In this document: in pieces, positions 20,683 through 31,082 of the stretch
Numbering within the stretch: position 1 is the first letter of the stretch
Layout of the letters: each line of letters starts with the position of its first letter
NCBI GenBank assembly: GCA_963707975.1
Contig: OY970177.1
Coordinates: 871,484-935,483, forward strand
DNA from: an uncultured Alphaproteobacteria bacterium
GTDB lineage: Bacteria > Pseudomonadota > Alphaproteobacteria > Micropepsales > Micropepsaceae
DNA: 64,000 nucleotides
Reading direction: 5' to 3'
Notes under the pieces: generated by a model
What the model was told of the DNA's origin: nothing
Seen by the model: the letters and a program-made list of their open reading frames with translations, nothing else
The model's database searches: none
Position numbers and translations under genes: made by a program

Positions 20683-22896
20683 ATGACGCAAGCCGCCTTG
20701 AAGCCCGCGCCCGCCCCGGAGCTGGGGACAGATATCTGCCTGCACGCGAGCGTGTTGCTGCCGCTGCCGCTGGCTCAGCCCTATGATTACACGCTTCCCA
20801 AGGGCGTGGTTCCCGCTCGTGGGGCGCTGGTGCGCGCGCCCTTGGGAAAACGCGAGTTGCTAGGCGCGATTTGGGGCACGAGCAGCAGCGCGGTGGCCGA
20901 GAAGAAACTCCGCGAGGCCCGGCCGCTTGCGGGCAACGAGCGGCTGCCTCAGGCCCTGTGCGATTTTCTAGAATGGGTGGCGCATTACACGCTTAGCCCC
21001 CTGGGCGCGGTGCTGGCTTTGGCGCTGCGCGTGCCTGCAGCCTTCGACGCGGAAGCCCCGCGCGCGGCGTATAGATTGGGCACCACAAATCCCGAGCGTC
21101 TGTCGCCGCCGCGCGCCCGCGTGCTGGCGCTTATGCAAGATGGGCTCGCGCGGAGCGCCGCTGCAATCGGCGAAGACGCCAATGTCACGCCGGCCGTGGT
21201 GCGCGGGCTTGCCGATGCGGGCGCGCTTGAGAAAATTTCTTTGCCCGAATTCGCGGCGCTTCTCGTTCCCGATCCCGCCTTTGACGCAATCGTGCTGAGC
21301 CCCGATCAGGCGCGCGCTGCCATCCATTTGCGCGAGACCGTCAAGGCAAAAGAATTTTCCGCGAGCTTTCTCGATGGCGTGACAGGCTCGGGCAAAACCG
21401 AAACCTATTTCGAGGCCATCGCCGAAGCGCTGGCGCAAGGCAAGCAAACGCTCATTCTGCTGCCCGAAATAGCGCTCACCATGCAATTCCTCGACCGTTT
21501 CGCGGCACGCTTTGGCTGCCGCCCGGTGGAATGGCATTCGGATCTCACTTTGCGCGAGCGCAAACACGCCTATCGCACCGTACTGTCGGGCGAGGCGCGC
21601 GTGGTGGCGGGCGCTCGCTCGGCATTATTCCTGCCGTTCCCCGAGCTCGGCCTTATCATTGTCGATGAGGAGCACGAACAGGCTTACAAGCAGGAAGAGG
21701 GCGTCATCTATCACGCCCGCGACATGGCGGTTGTGCGCGCTCGCATCGAAAACTGCCTGATCGTTTTGGCCTCGGCCACACCGTCCTTGGAAACCTATCT
21801 CAACGCGAAATCGGGGCGATACGAATGGCTGAAATTGTCCGAGCGACACGGCGTGGCCGAAATGCCCGAGGTGCGGCTGATCGATTTGCGCGCCCATCGC
21901 GGCGAAGCAGGGCAGTGGCTGTCGACGCCTTTGCGTGAAGCCTTGCGTGAAACCTTGGACACGGGCGAGCAGGCGCTCCTCTTTCTCAATCGGCGCGGCT
22001 ATGCGCCGCTCACCTTGTGCGCGGCCTGCGGCCACAAGGAAACCTGCCGCAATTGCTCGGCCTGGCTGGTCGAGCATCGCAATAGGGGCCGTCTCATCTG
22101 CCATCATTGCGGCTTCGAGACAGCGCTACCCAAAACCTGCCCGCAATGCGCGGCCGAAAATTCCTTCGTCGCTTGCGGCCCCGGTGTCGAGCGCGTGGCG
22201 GAGGAATTCAGGGCCGCCTTTCCCTGCGCGCGCGTGGCGATTGCATCCAGCGACACCCTGGAAACCCCGCATGCGATTGGGGCCGCCATCACCGCCATGA
22301 GCAAGGGCGAAATCGATGTCCTTATCGGCACCCAGATCGTGGCCAAGGGCCATCACTTTCCGCAATTGACGCTGGCCGGCGTGATCGATGCCGATCTGGG
22401 AGGCCAGGTCGGCGATCCGCGCGCGGCGGAGAGGAGCTTCCAGATGCTGCACCAGGTGGCAGGCCGCGCGGGCCGCGCGCAAAAGCCAGGGCTGGTGCTG
22501 ATCCAGACGCGCAATCCGGAAGACCCGGTAATGAAGGCTTTGGCTTCGGGGGACCGCGACCTGTTTCTCGAAGAAGAAGCCCGCTCGCGTCAGCGCATGG
22601 GCTCGCCGCCATTCGGGCGCCTGGCCGCGCTCATTCTGGCGGGCGCCGATGGCGATAGAGTGCGCGCCACGTCGCGGGCCTTGGCCTCTGCCGCCCCGCG
22701 TGCGAAAGGCGTTGCCGTATGGGGACCATCGCCAGCCTTCTATCAGGTGTTGCGCGGGCGCACGCGCGAAAGGCTTCTCGTGCAGGCCGAGCGCAATATC
22801 GACATCCAGTCCTATTTGCGTGCCTGGCTGGCAAGCGTAAAAATTCCCTCCGGCGTGCGCTTGACCATCGACGTCGATCCGCTCAGTTTTTTCTAG
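20683..22896 (+). CDS. priA: Primosomal replication restart helicase PriA
   Basis: Walker [14 protein letters not shown] box ([14 protein letters not shown]), and Cys-rich zinc module CAACGH..CRNC...CHHCG...CPQC. Confidence 0.92.
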   Translation: MTQAALKPAPAPELGTDICLHASVLLPLPLAQPYDYTLPKGVVPARGALVRAPLGKRELLGAIWGTSSSAVAEKKLREARPLAGNERLPQALCDFLEWVAHYTLSPLGAVLALALRVPAAFDAEAPRAAYRLGTTNPERLSPPRARVLALMQDGLARSAAAIGEDANVTPAVVRGLADAGALEKISLPEFAALLVPDPAFDAIVLSPDQARAAIHLRETVKAKEFSASFLDGVTGSGKTETYFEAIAEALAQGKQTLILLPEIALTMQFLDRFAARFGCRPVEWHSDLTLRERKHAYRTVLSGEARVVAGARSALFLPFPELGLIIVDEEHEQAYKQEEGVIYHARDMAVVRARIENCLIVLASATPSLETYLNAKSGRYEWLKLSERHGVAEMPEVRLIDLRAHRGEAGQWLSTPLREALRETLDTGEQALLFLNRRGYAPLTLCAACGHKETCRNCSAWLVEHRNRGRLICHHCGFETALPKTCPQCAAENSFVACGPGVERVAEEFRAAFPCARVAIASSDTLETPHAIGAAITAMSKGEIDVLIGTQIVAKGHHFPQLTLAGVIDADLGGQVGDPRAAERSFQMLHQVAGRAGRAQKPGLVLIQTRNPEDPVMKALASGDRDLFLEEEARSRQRMGSPPFGRLAALILAGADGDRVRATSRALASAAPRAKGVAVWGPSPAFYQVLRGRTRERLLVQAERNIDIQSYLRAWLASVKIPSGVRLTIDVDPLSFF

Positions 22897-23081
22897 CGCG
22901 CGCCGAAATAGAGCACGAGCATGATGATGACGATGGCGATGAATTGCGCGAGAACCCGGTAGCGCATCAGCCGGTTCGACCACCGCTTGGCGAATTCACC
23001 TCCCACGAACATGGTGGAGACGCCGGCAATCAGGATGAGCACGACCGCGCCCAACGCTACGCCAACGATGATTTTGCCCAT
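22893..23081 (-). CDS. Twin-transmembrane-helix small protein (HIG1 domain)
   Basis: 62 aa with two TM helices flanking RWSNRLMRYRVLAQ, the HIG_1_N signature. Confidence 0.72.
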   Translation of the reverse strand: MGKIIVGVALGAVVLILIAGVSTMFVGGEFAKRWSNRLMRYRVLAQFIAIVIIMLVLYFGAR

Positions 23082-23185
23082 GATTTCGCGGGCCTCTTGT
23101 CCTGGCGCTCACGCGGCGCGCTGCCGCAGCGCATCAAGTGCATTCCCAATGCCATACTCGGCTGCAACTTCCTAGGGAGGCGCTG

Positions 23186-23647
23186 ATGGCGGCAAATCTC
23201 GTGCGCGGCGTGATCATGGCGCTGTTGCTGGTGGCCACGCCTGCCTTCGCGGCAAGCGCGGATATTCACGTGATGGGCGCCTGGACGCGCGCGACGCCTG
23301 CGGGCAGGGCTAATGCGGCCATCTATTTCACCATCGTCAATTCGGGGGCCGCGCCCGACCGGCTGAAAAGCGCCGCAACCCAGGCCGCCGCAAAGGCCGA
23401 ACTGCACGAAACCATGTCGAACGGCATGTCAGGCATGGGCGGCATGATGGAAATGAAAACAAGCGGGCCGGTCGATATCGCGCCCGGCGCCACGGTGATT
23501 TTCAAGCCGCTGGGGCGCCATGTCATGCTGACGGGCCTGAAGCAGCCTTTATGGGAAGGCGGCACTTTCACCCTCCTGCTCAATTTCGAAAAGGCGGGCG
23601 CGATTGCAGTTCCTGTTGAAATCGTCGCTGTGACCGGCCACGGCTGA
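23186..23647 (+). CDS. Periplasmic copper chaperone PCu(A)C (DUF461)
   Basis: Signal peptide, and H(M)x10Mx21HxM-type motif (ELHETMSNGMSGMGGMMEMK...GRHVML). Strong SD AGGGAGG lies 6 nt before ATG 23186. Confidence 0.85.
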   Translation: MAANLVRGVIMALLLVATPAFAASADIHVMGAWTRATPAGRANAAIYFTIVNSGAAPDRLKSAATQAAAKAELHETMSNGMSGMGGMMEMKTSGPVDIAPGATVIFKPLGRHVMLTGLKQPLWEGGTFTLLLNFEKAGAIAVPVEIVAVTGHG

Positions 23648-23658
23648 AAGGAATTTTG

Positions 23659-24119
23659 TCAGGCCGCGTTGCACCAGGGTTTGCGCTTACCGCCGCGAAA
23701 GGCCGCGCCAGCCCGCTTCTGAGGAGGGCCCCGGCGATATCGCCACGCGTATCCGCGACCTGTGCATTCACGCGACCGCCATATTTGTCATACGCCACAT
23801 GGGTGAGCCGCACATCGGCGCCGCCGATGCGGCGGATAAGATAATCGCGCGCGGCTTCGGCGCGGGTGCGCTTCTCGGCGCAGCGCGCTTCCAGCTCTGG
23901 CGCATCCACGCCTTCAATCCGCACACGGACGATAAGCGATTAGGCAAGCCAGATATCGGCCTTCACCTCGATGGTATCGCCGTCCACCATGCGCTCGACG
24001 TGGGCGCTGACCGGCCCATCGAAGGACGCGGCCGCGGCTTGCGCCGTCTCGCGGGAAGCACCCGTAAGCATCAGCAGAGCCGCCAGCGCGGGCAGGGAAA
24101 AATCGCCGAATTCCCTCAT
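23659..24119 (-). pseudogene. Thermonuclease (SNase-like) family gene with an in-frame TAA (23940-23942) and a probable C-terminal frameshift
   Basis: The two listed ORFs are in the same frame: ...VERMVDGDTIEVKADIWLA*SLIVRVRIEGVDAPELEARCAEKRTRAEAARDYL...GRVNAQV.... After GLARPF the +1 frame reads GGKRKPWCNAA*, which I recognise as a typical family C-terminus. This suggests a second 1-nt lesion near 23695. Confidence 0.65.
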
Positions 24120-24192
24120 GGGTTGTAAAATCGGCGACGCAATTACAGGTGGAAAATGAGACAAAACAGGAATAAACTTAAGGGTCGCGTTC

Positions 24193-24363
24193 TCAGAAGT
24201 CCGAGGCAATACCTTTGTTTTCCCAGTCGCCGTAACGGGTAGGGTCTGGGCCATCCACACCGCCGATCTCCTGGGGCGGCGCGTTCACCCTGGCCTCCTC
24301 ATCGGCCTTGCGCCTTCTTTCTTCGGCCTCGGCAAGCGCGCGCTGGGCTGCGGGCGGGATCAT
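24193..24363 (-). CDS. DUF1674 (SDHAF4-like) small protein
   Basis: The C-terminus [28 protein letters not shown] is the DUF1674 signature. The start is uncertain (internal Met chosen; the ORF is open to 24471). Confidence 0.68.
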   Translation of the reverse strand: MIPPAAQRALAEAEERRRKADEEARVNAPPQEIGGVDGPDPTRYGDWENKGIASDF

Positions 24364-24454
24364 TTTTTCCGGCGTTGCTGCCTCATTCTTGAAGCGGGCG
24401 CGCGCATGCTTACATAGCGTTTGCAGCCATGACCAAAATTTCAACGAGGCATTC

Positions 24455-25342
24455 GTGAACACGTTCCGCACCGGACTGCTGATGGCCGCGATGACGGGGC
24501 TGTTTCTCGCGGTGGGTTATCTGGTTGGCGGGCAGACCGGCATGGCCTTTGCCTTCCTGCTCGCCATCGGCATGAATTTCTTCGCCTACTGGAACGCGGA
24601 CAAGATGGTCCTTTCCATGTATGGCGCGCGCGAGGTAGACGAGGCAAGCGCGCCCGATCTCGTGCGCATCGTGCGCGAGCTCGCCCAAAAGGCGGGCCTG
24701 CCAATGCCCAAGGTTTATATCGCGGACAATCCCCAGCCCAATGCCTTCACCACCGGACGCAATCCCGAGCATGCCGCCGTCTGCGCCACAACAGGACTGC
24801 TCGCCCGCGTGAACAACGAAGAGCTCACCGGCGTGCTGGCGCATGAGTTGTCCCACGTGAAAAACCGCGACACGCTGGTGATGACGCTGACGGCCACCAT
24901 TGCAGGCGCGATTTCCATGCTGGCCAATTTCGCGCTGTTTTTTGGCGGGCGGCGAAGCCCCTTGGGCGCCGTGGGCGTACTGCTGGTAATTTTGCTCGCG
25001 CCACTGGCTGCCGCTCTCGTGCAGATGGCGATCAGCCGCACGCGCGAATACGAAGCCGATCATTCCGGCGCGCTGCTGTCGGGCCGCCCGCTGTGGCTCG
25101 CCTCGGCATTGCAGCACATCCAGACTGCGGCCGAAAGAATCGATAACCAGGCCGCCGACGAGCATCCCGCTACTGCGCATCTTTTCATCATCAATCCACT
25201 GCATGGTGGGCTGGCCGGCCTGTTCTCAACCCATCCGCCGACGGAAGAGCGCATTGCACGGCTCAAAGAAATGGCGGCAGAAATGGGCGAGACAGGACAA
25301 GCGAGCGAAGCATCCGCGCCCCACCGCGGCCCCTGGGGCTAG
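24455..25342 (+). CDS. htpX: Zinc metalloprotease HtpX
   Basis: GTG start gives [26 protein letters not shown]. HExxH is present as [10 protein letters not shown]. Four TM segments. Confidence 0.9.
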   Translation: MNTFRTGLLMAAMTGLFLAVGYLVGGQTGMAFAFLLAIGMNFFAYWNADKMVLSMYGAREVDEASAPDLVRIVRELAQKAGLPMPKVYIADNPQPNAFTTGRNPEHAAVCATTGLLARVNNEELTGVLAHELSHVKNRDTLVMTLTATIAGAISMLANFALFFGGRRSPLGAVGVLLVILLAPLAAALVQMAISRTREYEADHSGALLSGRPLWLASALQHIQTAAERIDNQAADEHPATAHLFIINPLHGGLAGLFSTHPPTEERIARLKEMAAEMGETGQASEASAPHRGPWG

Positions 25343-25363
25343 ACGCTGGCGCGGGCCACACCT

Positions 25364-26701
25364 GTGCCTTATTCAGCCTTGGTGAGCGAAGCTCTGAAAG
25401 CAAAACAAACAGACGCCGCCGGCCTGCCCGCGCGGGTTTCGGCGCTTGCCATTCTTTCCGACGTGCTGAGGAAGCGCCGCGCGCTCGACCTGGCGGCCGA
25501 TGCGGCACTCGCGCGCGCGCGACTTGAGCCTCGCGATGCAGCCTTCGCGCGCGCTATCGCCAGCGAAACGCTGCGCCGCCTGGGCCAGCTCGATGCGGTG
25601 ATCCGCCATTTCATGGTGAAGCCGCCGGCACCACACCGCTCGGGCGCCACCGCCGAAATTCTTCTTGCTGGCGCCTGCGAGCTGCTGTTCCTCAATGTCG
25701 CGCCCCATGCCGCCGTGGACGGCGCCAACCGCCTGGCGCAGGTCGATCCCAAGGCGCTGCATTTCAAATCGCTGATCAATGCGGTGCTCAGGCGCGTGGC
25801 GCAGGAGGGGCGCAATATCATCGCCGCACAAGATGCCGCGCGCCTCGATACGCCCGATTGGCTGTGGGAACGCTGGAAGGAAACTTATGGCGAGGCCGCG
25901 GCGCACGCGATTGCGGAAGCCCATCTCCCCGAACCGCCGCTCGACCTCGTGTTCAAGGAGGATGCTTCCGTAGAAATAGCCGGCGCGGAGAAGCTCGCGC
26001 TCGATGTGCTGCGGCTGCGCGGCGCGGGCCGCGTCGAGGACTTGCCGGGCTATGCCGAGGGCAAATGGTGGGTTCAGGATGTGGCGGCCTCCATCCCTGC
26101 GCGCCTTTTTGGCGACATCACGGGTAACCATGTGCTCGATCTCTGCGCGGCGCCTGGCGGCAAAACCATGCAGCTTGCGAGTTTGGGCGCGCGCGTCACC
26201 GCAGTGGATGTCTCGAAAGAACGGCTAGCGCGCGTGCGGGAAAATCTCGCCCGCACGAAACTGAAGGCCGAGCTTGTCACTGCCGACATCCGCGACTGGC
26301 AGCCAAAAGCGCAAGCGCCCTTCGTGCTGCTCGATGCGCCATGTACTTCAACCGGCACGATCAGGCGTCATCCCGATTTACCGTGGATCAAGGGTGCCGC
26401 CGATGTGACGGCGTCCACTACGCTGCAAGCCGAAATGCTGGACGCAGCCGCCGGCATGGCCGCGCCCGGAGGCATTCTAATCTATGTGGTGTGCTCGCTG
26501 GAGCCGGAAGAAGGCATCGAGCAGATAGAAGCCTTCCTCGAGCGGCACAAAGATTTCTCGCGCATGGCGTTTGGCGCCGCCGAAACCTTCAACGATGAAA
26601 AACTGATTTCGCGCGCGGGCGATCTGCGCACACTGCCCTGTCACTGGGCGGATAAAGGCGGAATGGATGGCTTTTATGCCGCGCGGCTGAAGCGCGACTA
26701 A
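25364..26701 (+). CDS. rsmB: 16S rRNA (cytosine967-C5)-methyltransferase RsmB/Sun family
   Basis: NusB-like N-terminal domain, SAM motif DLCAAPGGKT, and catalytic Cys motifs DAPCTSTGTIRRHPD and YVVCS. Confidence 0.85.
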   Translation: MPYSALVSEALKAKQTDAAGLPARVSALAILSDVLRKRRALDLAADAALARARLEPRDAAFARAIASETLRRLGQLDAVIRHFMVKPPAPHRSGATAEILLAGACELLFLNVAPHAAVDGANRLAQVDPKALHFKSLINAVLRRVAQEGRNIIAAQDAARLDTPDWLWERWKETYGEAAAHAIAEAHLPEPPLDLVFKEDASVEIAGAEKLALDVLRLRGAGRVEDLPGYAEGKWWVQDVAASIPARLFGDITGNHVLDLCAAPGGKTMQLASLGARVTAVDVSKERLARVRENLARTKLKAELVTADIRDWQPKAQAPFVLLDAPCTSTGTIRRHPDLPWIKGAADVTASTTLQAEMLDAAAGMAAPGGILIYVVCSLEPEEGIEQIEAFLERHKDFSRMAFGAAETFNDEKLISRAGDLRTLPCHWADKGGMDGFYAARLKRD

Positions 26702-28812
26702 TCCAGTCGCCCAAGCGCATACGCCACCGTCAGATAAATTTTTCCCGTGTCCGCAGTCAGCAGCGTGGAAGCGAGCAGCCCGTCATTGTCGCCATCCTTG
26801 GCATGGGCGAGCAGCGCCTCGAACTCCTTGAGATAGGTGTTTGCTGCTTCGCGGAAGATGGCATCGTCGCGATAAAGCCCCGCAATGCGATCCACGGTGT
26901 CGGGGCCGATGGCCTGCGCGATCTTTCGCGCGAAGGCGCCGCGGTCGCCATCCAGATAACGCCGCCACATTTGCGGATCGGCGCTATCGCCGGTGAGTGG
27001 ACCCAGATCGATAACGAGATCGGCAAGCGCCGCCTCAAGTGCCGCGAGCGCCATGGCAGCATGGGATTTGAGTCCGCCCGACTGCAATTTCACGTCGCAC
27101 GTCTCGGCGGCCGCCAGCACCTGAGACAGTTCAAAGCTTTTTGGCCGCTCGTCGCTCTTGCGCTTGGGGCCGGTAATGCGCCGGGCGCGGGTCAACAGGC
27201 TGTCGGGTTGCGGCGTTTCCGGGGCTGCGTTCTCGCTCAGGCCAACATCGGGCCCGCTGAGCCCGCGGCGCGCAGCCGTGCGGGCGTGCAGGGTCGCCAA
27301 GGTGCGGGCCGACATATCAAGCATCTGCTCGGTCTCGTTGCGGATGGTGTCGCGCATGCGGCTGGCCTCCTGGGCGGCGACGCCCGGCAGGCTCATGATG
27401 TGCTGTTCGGCTTCGCCGGCTGCCTTGGACAATGAGGCGCGGGCCTTTTCCGCTTCCTCGGCCACCGACGCGGCTGCGCGCAGCAGCCGGTCGCATTCGC
27501 CCATGGCCTCGCCCACGAAATCTTTCGCGCGGCGCTTGGCGTCAGCCGTGCTTTCGGCGATCAGCGCCTGGGCGGAGGCGCTTGCCTCGCGCAAGGTGTC
27601 CACCAGGCGTGACACCGAAGTGGCGGCGGCTTCGGCACTTTCCTTCACCCGCTCGGTCTCGCGCGCGAAGCCGCTCGCGAGCTGCGCGGTGCGGGGCGCG
27701 GCACTTGCCATGGCGGCGTCGATGCGACGCAAACCCTGATCGGTGATTTCGTCAAGCCGCTGGGCCTCGCTGCCCAGCAACGCGGCCGCGCGCTCGATAG
27801 CGCTCCGTTGCGTTTCCAGCGCGCCTTCGAAGGTCACGGCTTCTTCCTTCAATTTAGACAGAAGCTCGTTCATCGCCGTGCGCTGGCGTTCCTGACGGGC
27901 GAGCACGAATTCGGCGCGCGCCACTGCGCCATCGGCCGCGGTTTCGATGCGCTTGGCCTGGCGGTCGAGCTCAACGGCGGCGGCATGTGGGGCGGCGGCG
28001 GCTTTTTCTGCCGCTTCGCGGAATTGCGCGCTCTGCACGTCCAGCGTTTGGCCCGCGGATTTCAGTTCGCCGCCAGTGGCCTCTATCATGGCCTTCAGTT
28101 GGGCGACGCGGCCGGCAAAGGTTTCCGCGGCCCGGTTCACGCCATCTTCCAGCACGCTGGCAAGATCCTCGATATGCACGCGCTCCTCGTGCAGGCGCGA
28201 GGCTATGACATCGGCCTTGACGCCCGCGCGCGCGCCCGCTTCCTCAAGCTGCGCCACGCGATCTTCGAGCGCGGTTTCGAGCGCGCGCATGCGCGTGAAG
28301 GCGCCGTCCAAACCGGCGTTGAGCGCATCGAGTTCGCGCCTGACCGCGCGGCCCACGCGTTGCGTGCCGCGGATGGCGTTGTCGTCGACGGCGGTGATTT
28401 GCTCGGCAGCGAATGCAAGGCGCTCGGCCGTGCGCGCCATGGCGGTGGCGCGGCCAAGCGCCAGCGCGCAGGCGACAAACAAAAACGGCGGCAAAAAAGT
28501 TGCCACCGCGATGAAAGCAAGGATGTGCGGTCCCAGTGCCGTGAGACCTTGCGGGCCGAAATAGCCCCAAAGATATGCGCCGGCCGCGCCGATCCAGAAT
28601 GCGGAAAAAGTGAGAGCGAAAACCACGCCGCCGCCCGTGCCGCGATAATAATTTAATTCGCGTTCGCGCGGGCTTTCGCGTGTGGCGTTCATGTCTTGCG
28701 TGGGAAGGGATACGGGCTTCGCCCGCTCAACTCCTGGAGTCGGCATATGATTAACCCGTCGGTGCAATTGCGCGTACGCTCGAGGACGCAGCGCTCCATA
28801 TTGGAAGCTCAT
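26698..28812 (-). CDS. Large membrane-anchored coiled-coil protein (hypothetical)
   Basis: Two N-terminal TM helices (VVFALTFSAFWIGAAGAYLWGYF, ILAFIAVATFLPPFLFVACALAL) are followed by ~450 aa of Ala/Glu/Arg-rich heptad-like sequence and a globular C-terminus. The start is uncertain (Met1, Met23 or Met41). Confidence 0.55.
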   Translation of the reverse strand: MSFQYGALRPRAYAQLHRRVNHMPTPGVERAKPVSLPTQDMNATRESPRERELNYYRGTGGGVVFALTFSAFWIGAAGAYLWGYFGPQGLTALGPHILAFIAVATFLPPFLFVACALALGRATAMARTAERLAFAAEQITAVDDNAIRGTQRVGRAVRRELDALNAGLDGAFTRMRALETALEDRVAQLEEAGARAGVKADVIASRLHEERVHIEDLASVLEDGVNRAAETFAGRVAQLKAMIEATGGELKSAGQTLDVQSAQFREAAEKAAAAPHAAAVELDRQAKRIETAADGAVARAEFVLARQERQRTAMNELLSKLKEEAVTFEGALETQRSAIERAAALLGSEAQRLDEITDQGLRRIDAAMASAAPRTAQLASGFARETERVKESAEAAATSVSRLVDTLREASASAQALIAESTADAKRRAKDFVGEAMGECDRLLRAAASVAEEAEKARASLSKAAGEAEQHIMSLPGVAAQEASRMRDTIRNETEQMLDMSARTLATLHARTAARRGLSGPDVGLSENAAPETPQPDSLLTRARRITGPKRKSDERPKSFELSQVLAAAETCDVKLQSGGLKSHAAMALAALEAALADLVIDLGPLTGDSADPQMWRRYLDGDRGAFARKIAQAIGPDTVDRIAGLYRDDAIFREAANTYLKEFEALLAHAKDGDNDGLLASTLLTADTGKIYLTVAYALGRLD

Positions 28813-28951
28813 TGAACCCAGAAAACGCCCGGCGAATCAAGCCTCAAGGGGCGGAACAACACTTGGGCGCGATGTCAAGTCTTTTCGCTGCTGCGTTAAC
28901 CGGGCCTTGAGACAGGCTTGTCATCATTGCGGTGCAGAAAAGGCGTGGACC

Positions 28952-29302
28952 ATGACGCGTATCGCCGAGCGCCCCATCGATCTTGGCCATCTCGACCGTT
29001 ATACGGGCGGAAGCCAGGCTCTGAACGAGGAAATCCTGCGCCTGTTCGAGACACAGTGCCGTGCACTGTTGGCGCAACTCGAGCTGTTGGCCGGGGACAG
29101 CGATGCGAAGACCTGGCACGAAGCCACCCACACGCTGAAGGGCGCAGCCAGGGGCGTAGGCGCTTTTGCGCTGGCCGACGCTGTCGCCGAGGCCGAGGCC
29201 GCGGACCCCACCGATGCAGCCAAGGCGCAGGCCGCTGTCGCGCGGGTGCGGGCGCGTTCCGAGGCCGTGCGCCGCTTTATCGAGATCCTTCTCAGCCGCT
29301 GA
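28952..29302 (+). CDS. Hpt (histidine phosphotransfer) domain protein
   Basis: Phosphorylatable His context HTLKGAARGVGA in a ~116-aa helical protein. Confidence 0.75.
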   Translation: MTRIAERPIDLGHLDRYTGGSQALNEEILRLFETQCRALLAQLELLAGDSDAKTWHEATHTLKGAARGVGAFALADAVAEAEAADPTDAAKAQAAVARVRARSEAVRRFIEILLSR

Positions 29303-29630
29303 TTGTCTTCTGCGCGGGCTTTTGCGCCATCGCGTCGAAGGCCGCTAATTCATGGGCAATGCAGCGCTCTATCAGCGTCCGCCAGACGGGCTCGGCGATA
29401 GTCGCGCTCAAGCCCTGGCGTTTGGCTTCCGCCAGTACCTTGGCGATGACATCGGCGATCCGTGCTTCGTCGCGAACCTCGCCCCTGTGCTGTTTAATGC
29501 GGGCGGCCTGCTCCATATATCGCTGCCGTTCCAGCAAAAGCGCCACCAGCGCCCTATCGAGCGCATCCACGCCCGCCCGGATCTCTCCTATGTTGCGGCA
29601 CTGGTGGGCTGGAAGACGGGTTTCGGCCAT
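29292..29630 (-). CDS. Chorismate mutase (AroQ class)
   Basis: IRAGVDALDRALVALLLERQRYMEQAARIK... helical AroQ pattern, ~112 aa from an internal Met. Confidence 0.8.
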   Translation of the reverse strand: MAETRLPAHQCRNIGEIRAGVDALDRALVALLLERQRYMEQAARIKQHRGEVRDEARIADVIAKVLAEAKRQGLSATIAEPVWRTLIERCIAHELAAFDAMAQKPAQKTISG

Positions 29631-29719
29631 GGCTTCACCCCACGGATTTTTCGTGCCGCTTGTGGAACAATGCGCCCTCAGGCACAAGCCATAACCTTGC
29701 AAGTAATGACGCGCCGCAC

Positions 29720-30758
29720 ATGAGCACACCTGCCTCTCCCATCGAAACCGATGCCGTCATCATCGGTGCAGGCCCCGTGGGGCTGTTCGCGGTATTTGAG
29801 CTTGGGCTCCTCGATCTCAAGTGCCATCTCATCGACATTCTGAACCGGCCAGGCGGGCAGTTGACCGAGCTTTATCCCGACAAGCCCATTTACGACATTC
29901 CCGGAATTCCGGTGATCATGGGCCAGGAATTGAGCGACCGCCTGGCCGATCAGATCAAGCCTTTTGGGGCCACGTTTCATTTGGGCCAAGTGGCGAGCGT
30001 GCTTACCAAACTTGCCAATGGCCGCTGGCAGATTTCGACCGATGTGAGAACCACGCTGGTGGCGCCTGTCATCGTGATTGCTGCGGGCGCGGGAACCTTT
30101 GTGTCCAAGCGCCCGCATCTTGCCGGCATTGAAACATACGAAGGTAAGTCCGTATTCTATGCCGTGCGCAATCAGGACATGTTCCGCGATAAAAACGTGC
30201 TTATCGCGGGTGGCGGCAATTCCGCGCTTGACTGGACGCTGGCGCTGGCCCCCATCGCCAAGAGTTCTTACCCTCGTCCATCACCGCGACGGATTCCGCG
30301 CGAGCCTGCACAGCGTAAACCGCATGCGCGAACTGGCGGCGCACGGCAAGATCGCTTTCCAGATCGCCAATGTAACCGCGCTGCATGGCGCGGGCGGCAA
30401 ATTGGAGGCTGTCACGCTGACCGCGCCCGACAAGCGAGAATGGCGTCACGCCTGCGATGTGTTCATGCCGTTTTTCGGGCTGACCATAAAGCTTGGCCCC
30501 ATCGCCCAATTCGGGCTGAACCTGCACGAAAACCGCATTCCGGTGGACACGGCGAAATTCGAAAGTTCGACACCCGGCATCTTCGCCATCGGCGACATCG
30601 CCTCTTATCCGGGCAAGCTGAAACTCATTCTATGCGGCTTTCACGAGGCGGCCTTGATGGCGCAGGCGGCCTTCCATATTTGCCGGCCAAACGAAAGACT
30701 CCGCTTTCAGTACACCACCACCTCCACCAGCCTGCACAAGAAGCTTGGTGTGGGATGA
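29720..30758 (+). pseudogene. Thioredoxin-reductase-like ferredoxin-NADP+ reductase with a frameshift near 30260-30264
   Basis: The N-terminal frame has DAVIIGAGPVGLFA...GGGNSALDWTLALAPIAK. The conserved continuation VLTLVHHRDGFRASLHSVNRM...IFAIGDIASYPGKLKLILCGFHEAA is in the +1 frame (ORF 30078-30758). Removing one nt from GCC AAG A GTT restores ...PIAKVLTLVHHRD. Confidence 0.75.
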
Positions 30759-31063
30759 AGATCATTGCCATCGATCGTCTGGGCCGGGAGCGCGCCATCG
30801 AAGGCCATGAGGGCTGGACGGTGATGGAGGCGCTGCGCGATGCGGGGCTGCCCATCATTGCCGAATGCGGTGGCGCTTGCGCTTGCGCCACCTGCCATGT
30901 CTATGTGGAAGAGAGCTGGTATAAAAAGCTGCCGCCGCCGAAACCGGAAGAACTCGACATGCTCGACATGGCGCTTGCCGTGCAGCCCAATTCGCGGCTC
31001 TCCTGCCAGATCACCTGCGGGCCCGCGACGGATGGCATCAAGGTCACCTTGGCGCCAGAATAA
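30755..31063 (+). CDS. [2Fe-2S] ferredoxin, adrenodoxin/putidaredoxin type
   Basis: 102 aa with cluster ligands in ECGGACACATCHVYV...RLSCQI. The ATG overlaps the reductase stop (ATGA). Confidence 0.85.
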   Translation: MKIIAIDRLGRERAIEGHEGWTVMEALRDAGLPIIAECGGACACATCHVYVEESWYKKLPPPKPEELDMLDMALAVQPNSRLSCQITCGPATDGIKVTLAPE

Positions 31064-31082
31064 TTATTGTATTGCAATAATT
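31062..31082. promoter_or_regulatory. AT-only 8-bp inverted repeat AATTATTG-N5-CAATAATT inside a ~50-bp AT island
   Basis: Read directly: taAATTATTGtattgCAATAATTtattattatgc, immediately after the ferredoxin stop and ~30 nt before the next ORF. The function (operator or weak terminator) is not established. Confidence 0.3.

Noticed and set aside
29660-31063. 467-aa ORF as a natural reductase-ferredoxin fusion protein.
   Set aside because: The central ~164 aa are Arg/Pro-rich out-of-frame sequence. The conserved reductase C-terminal half is present in the +1 frame and ends in an ATGA overlap with the ferredoxin start. The arrangement is therefore two genes plus a frameshift.
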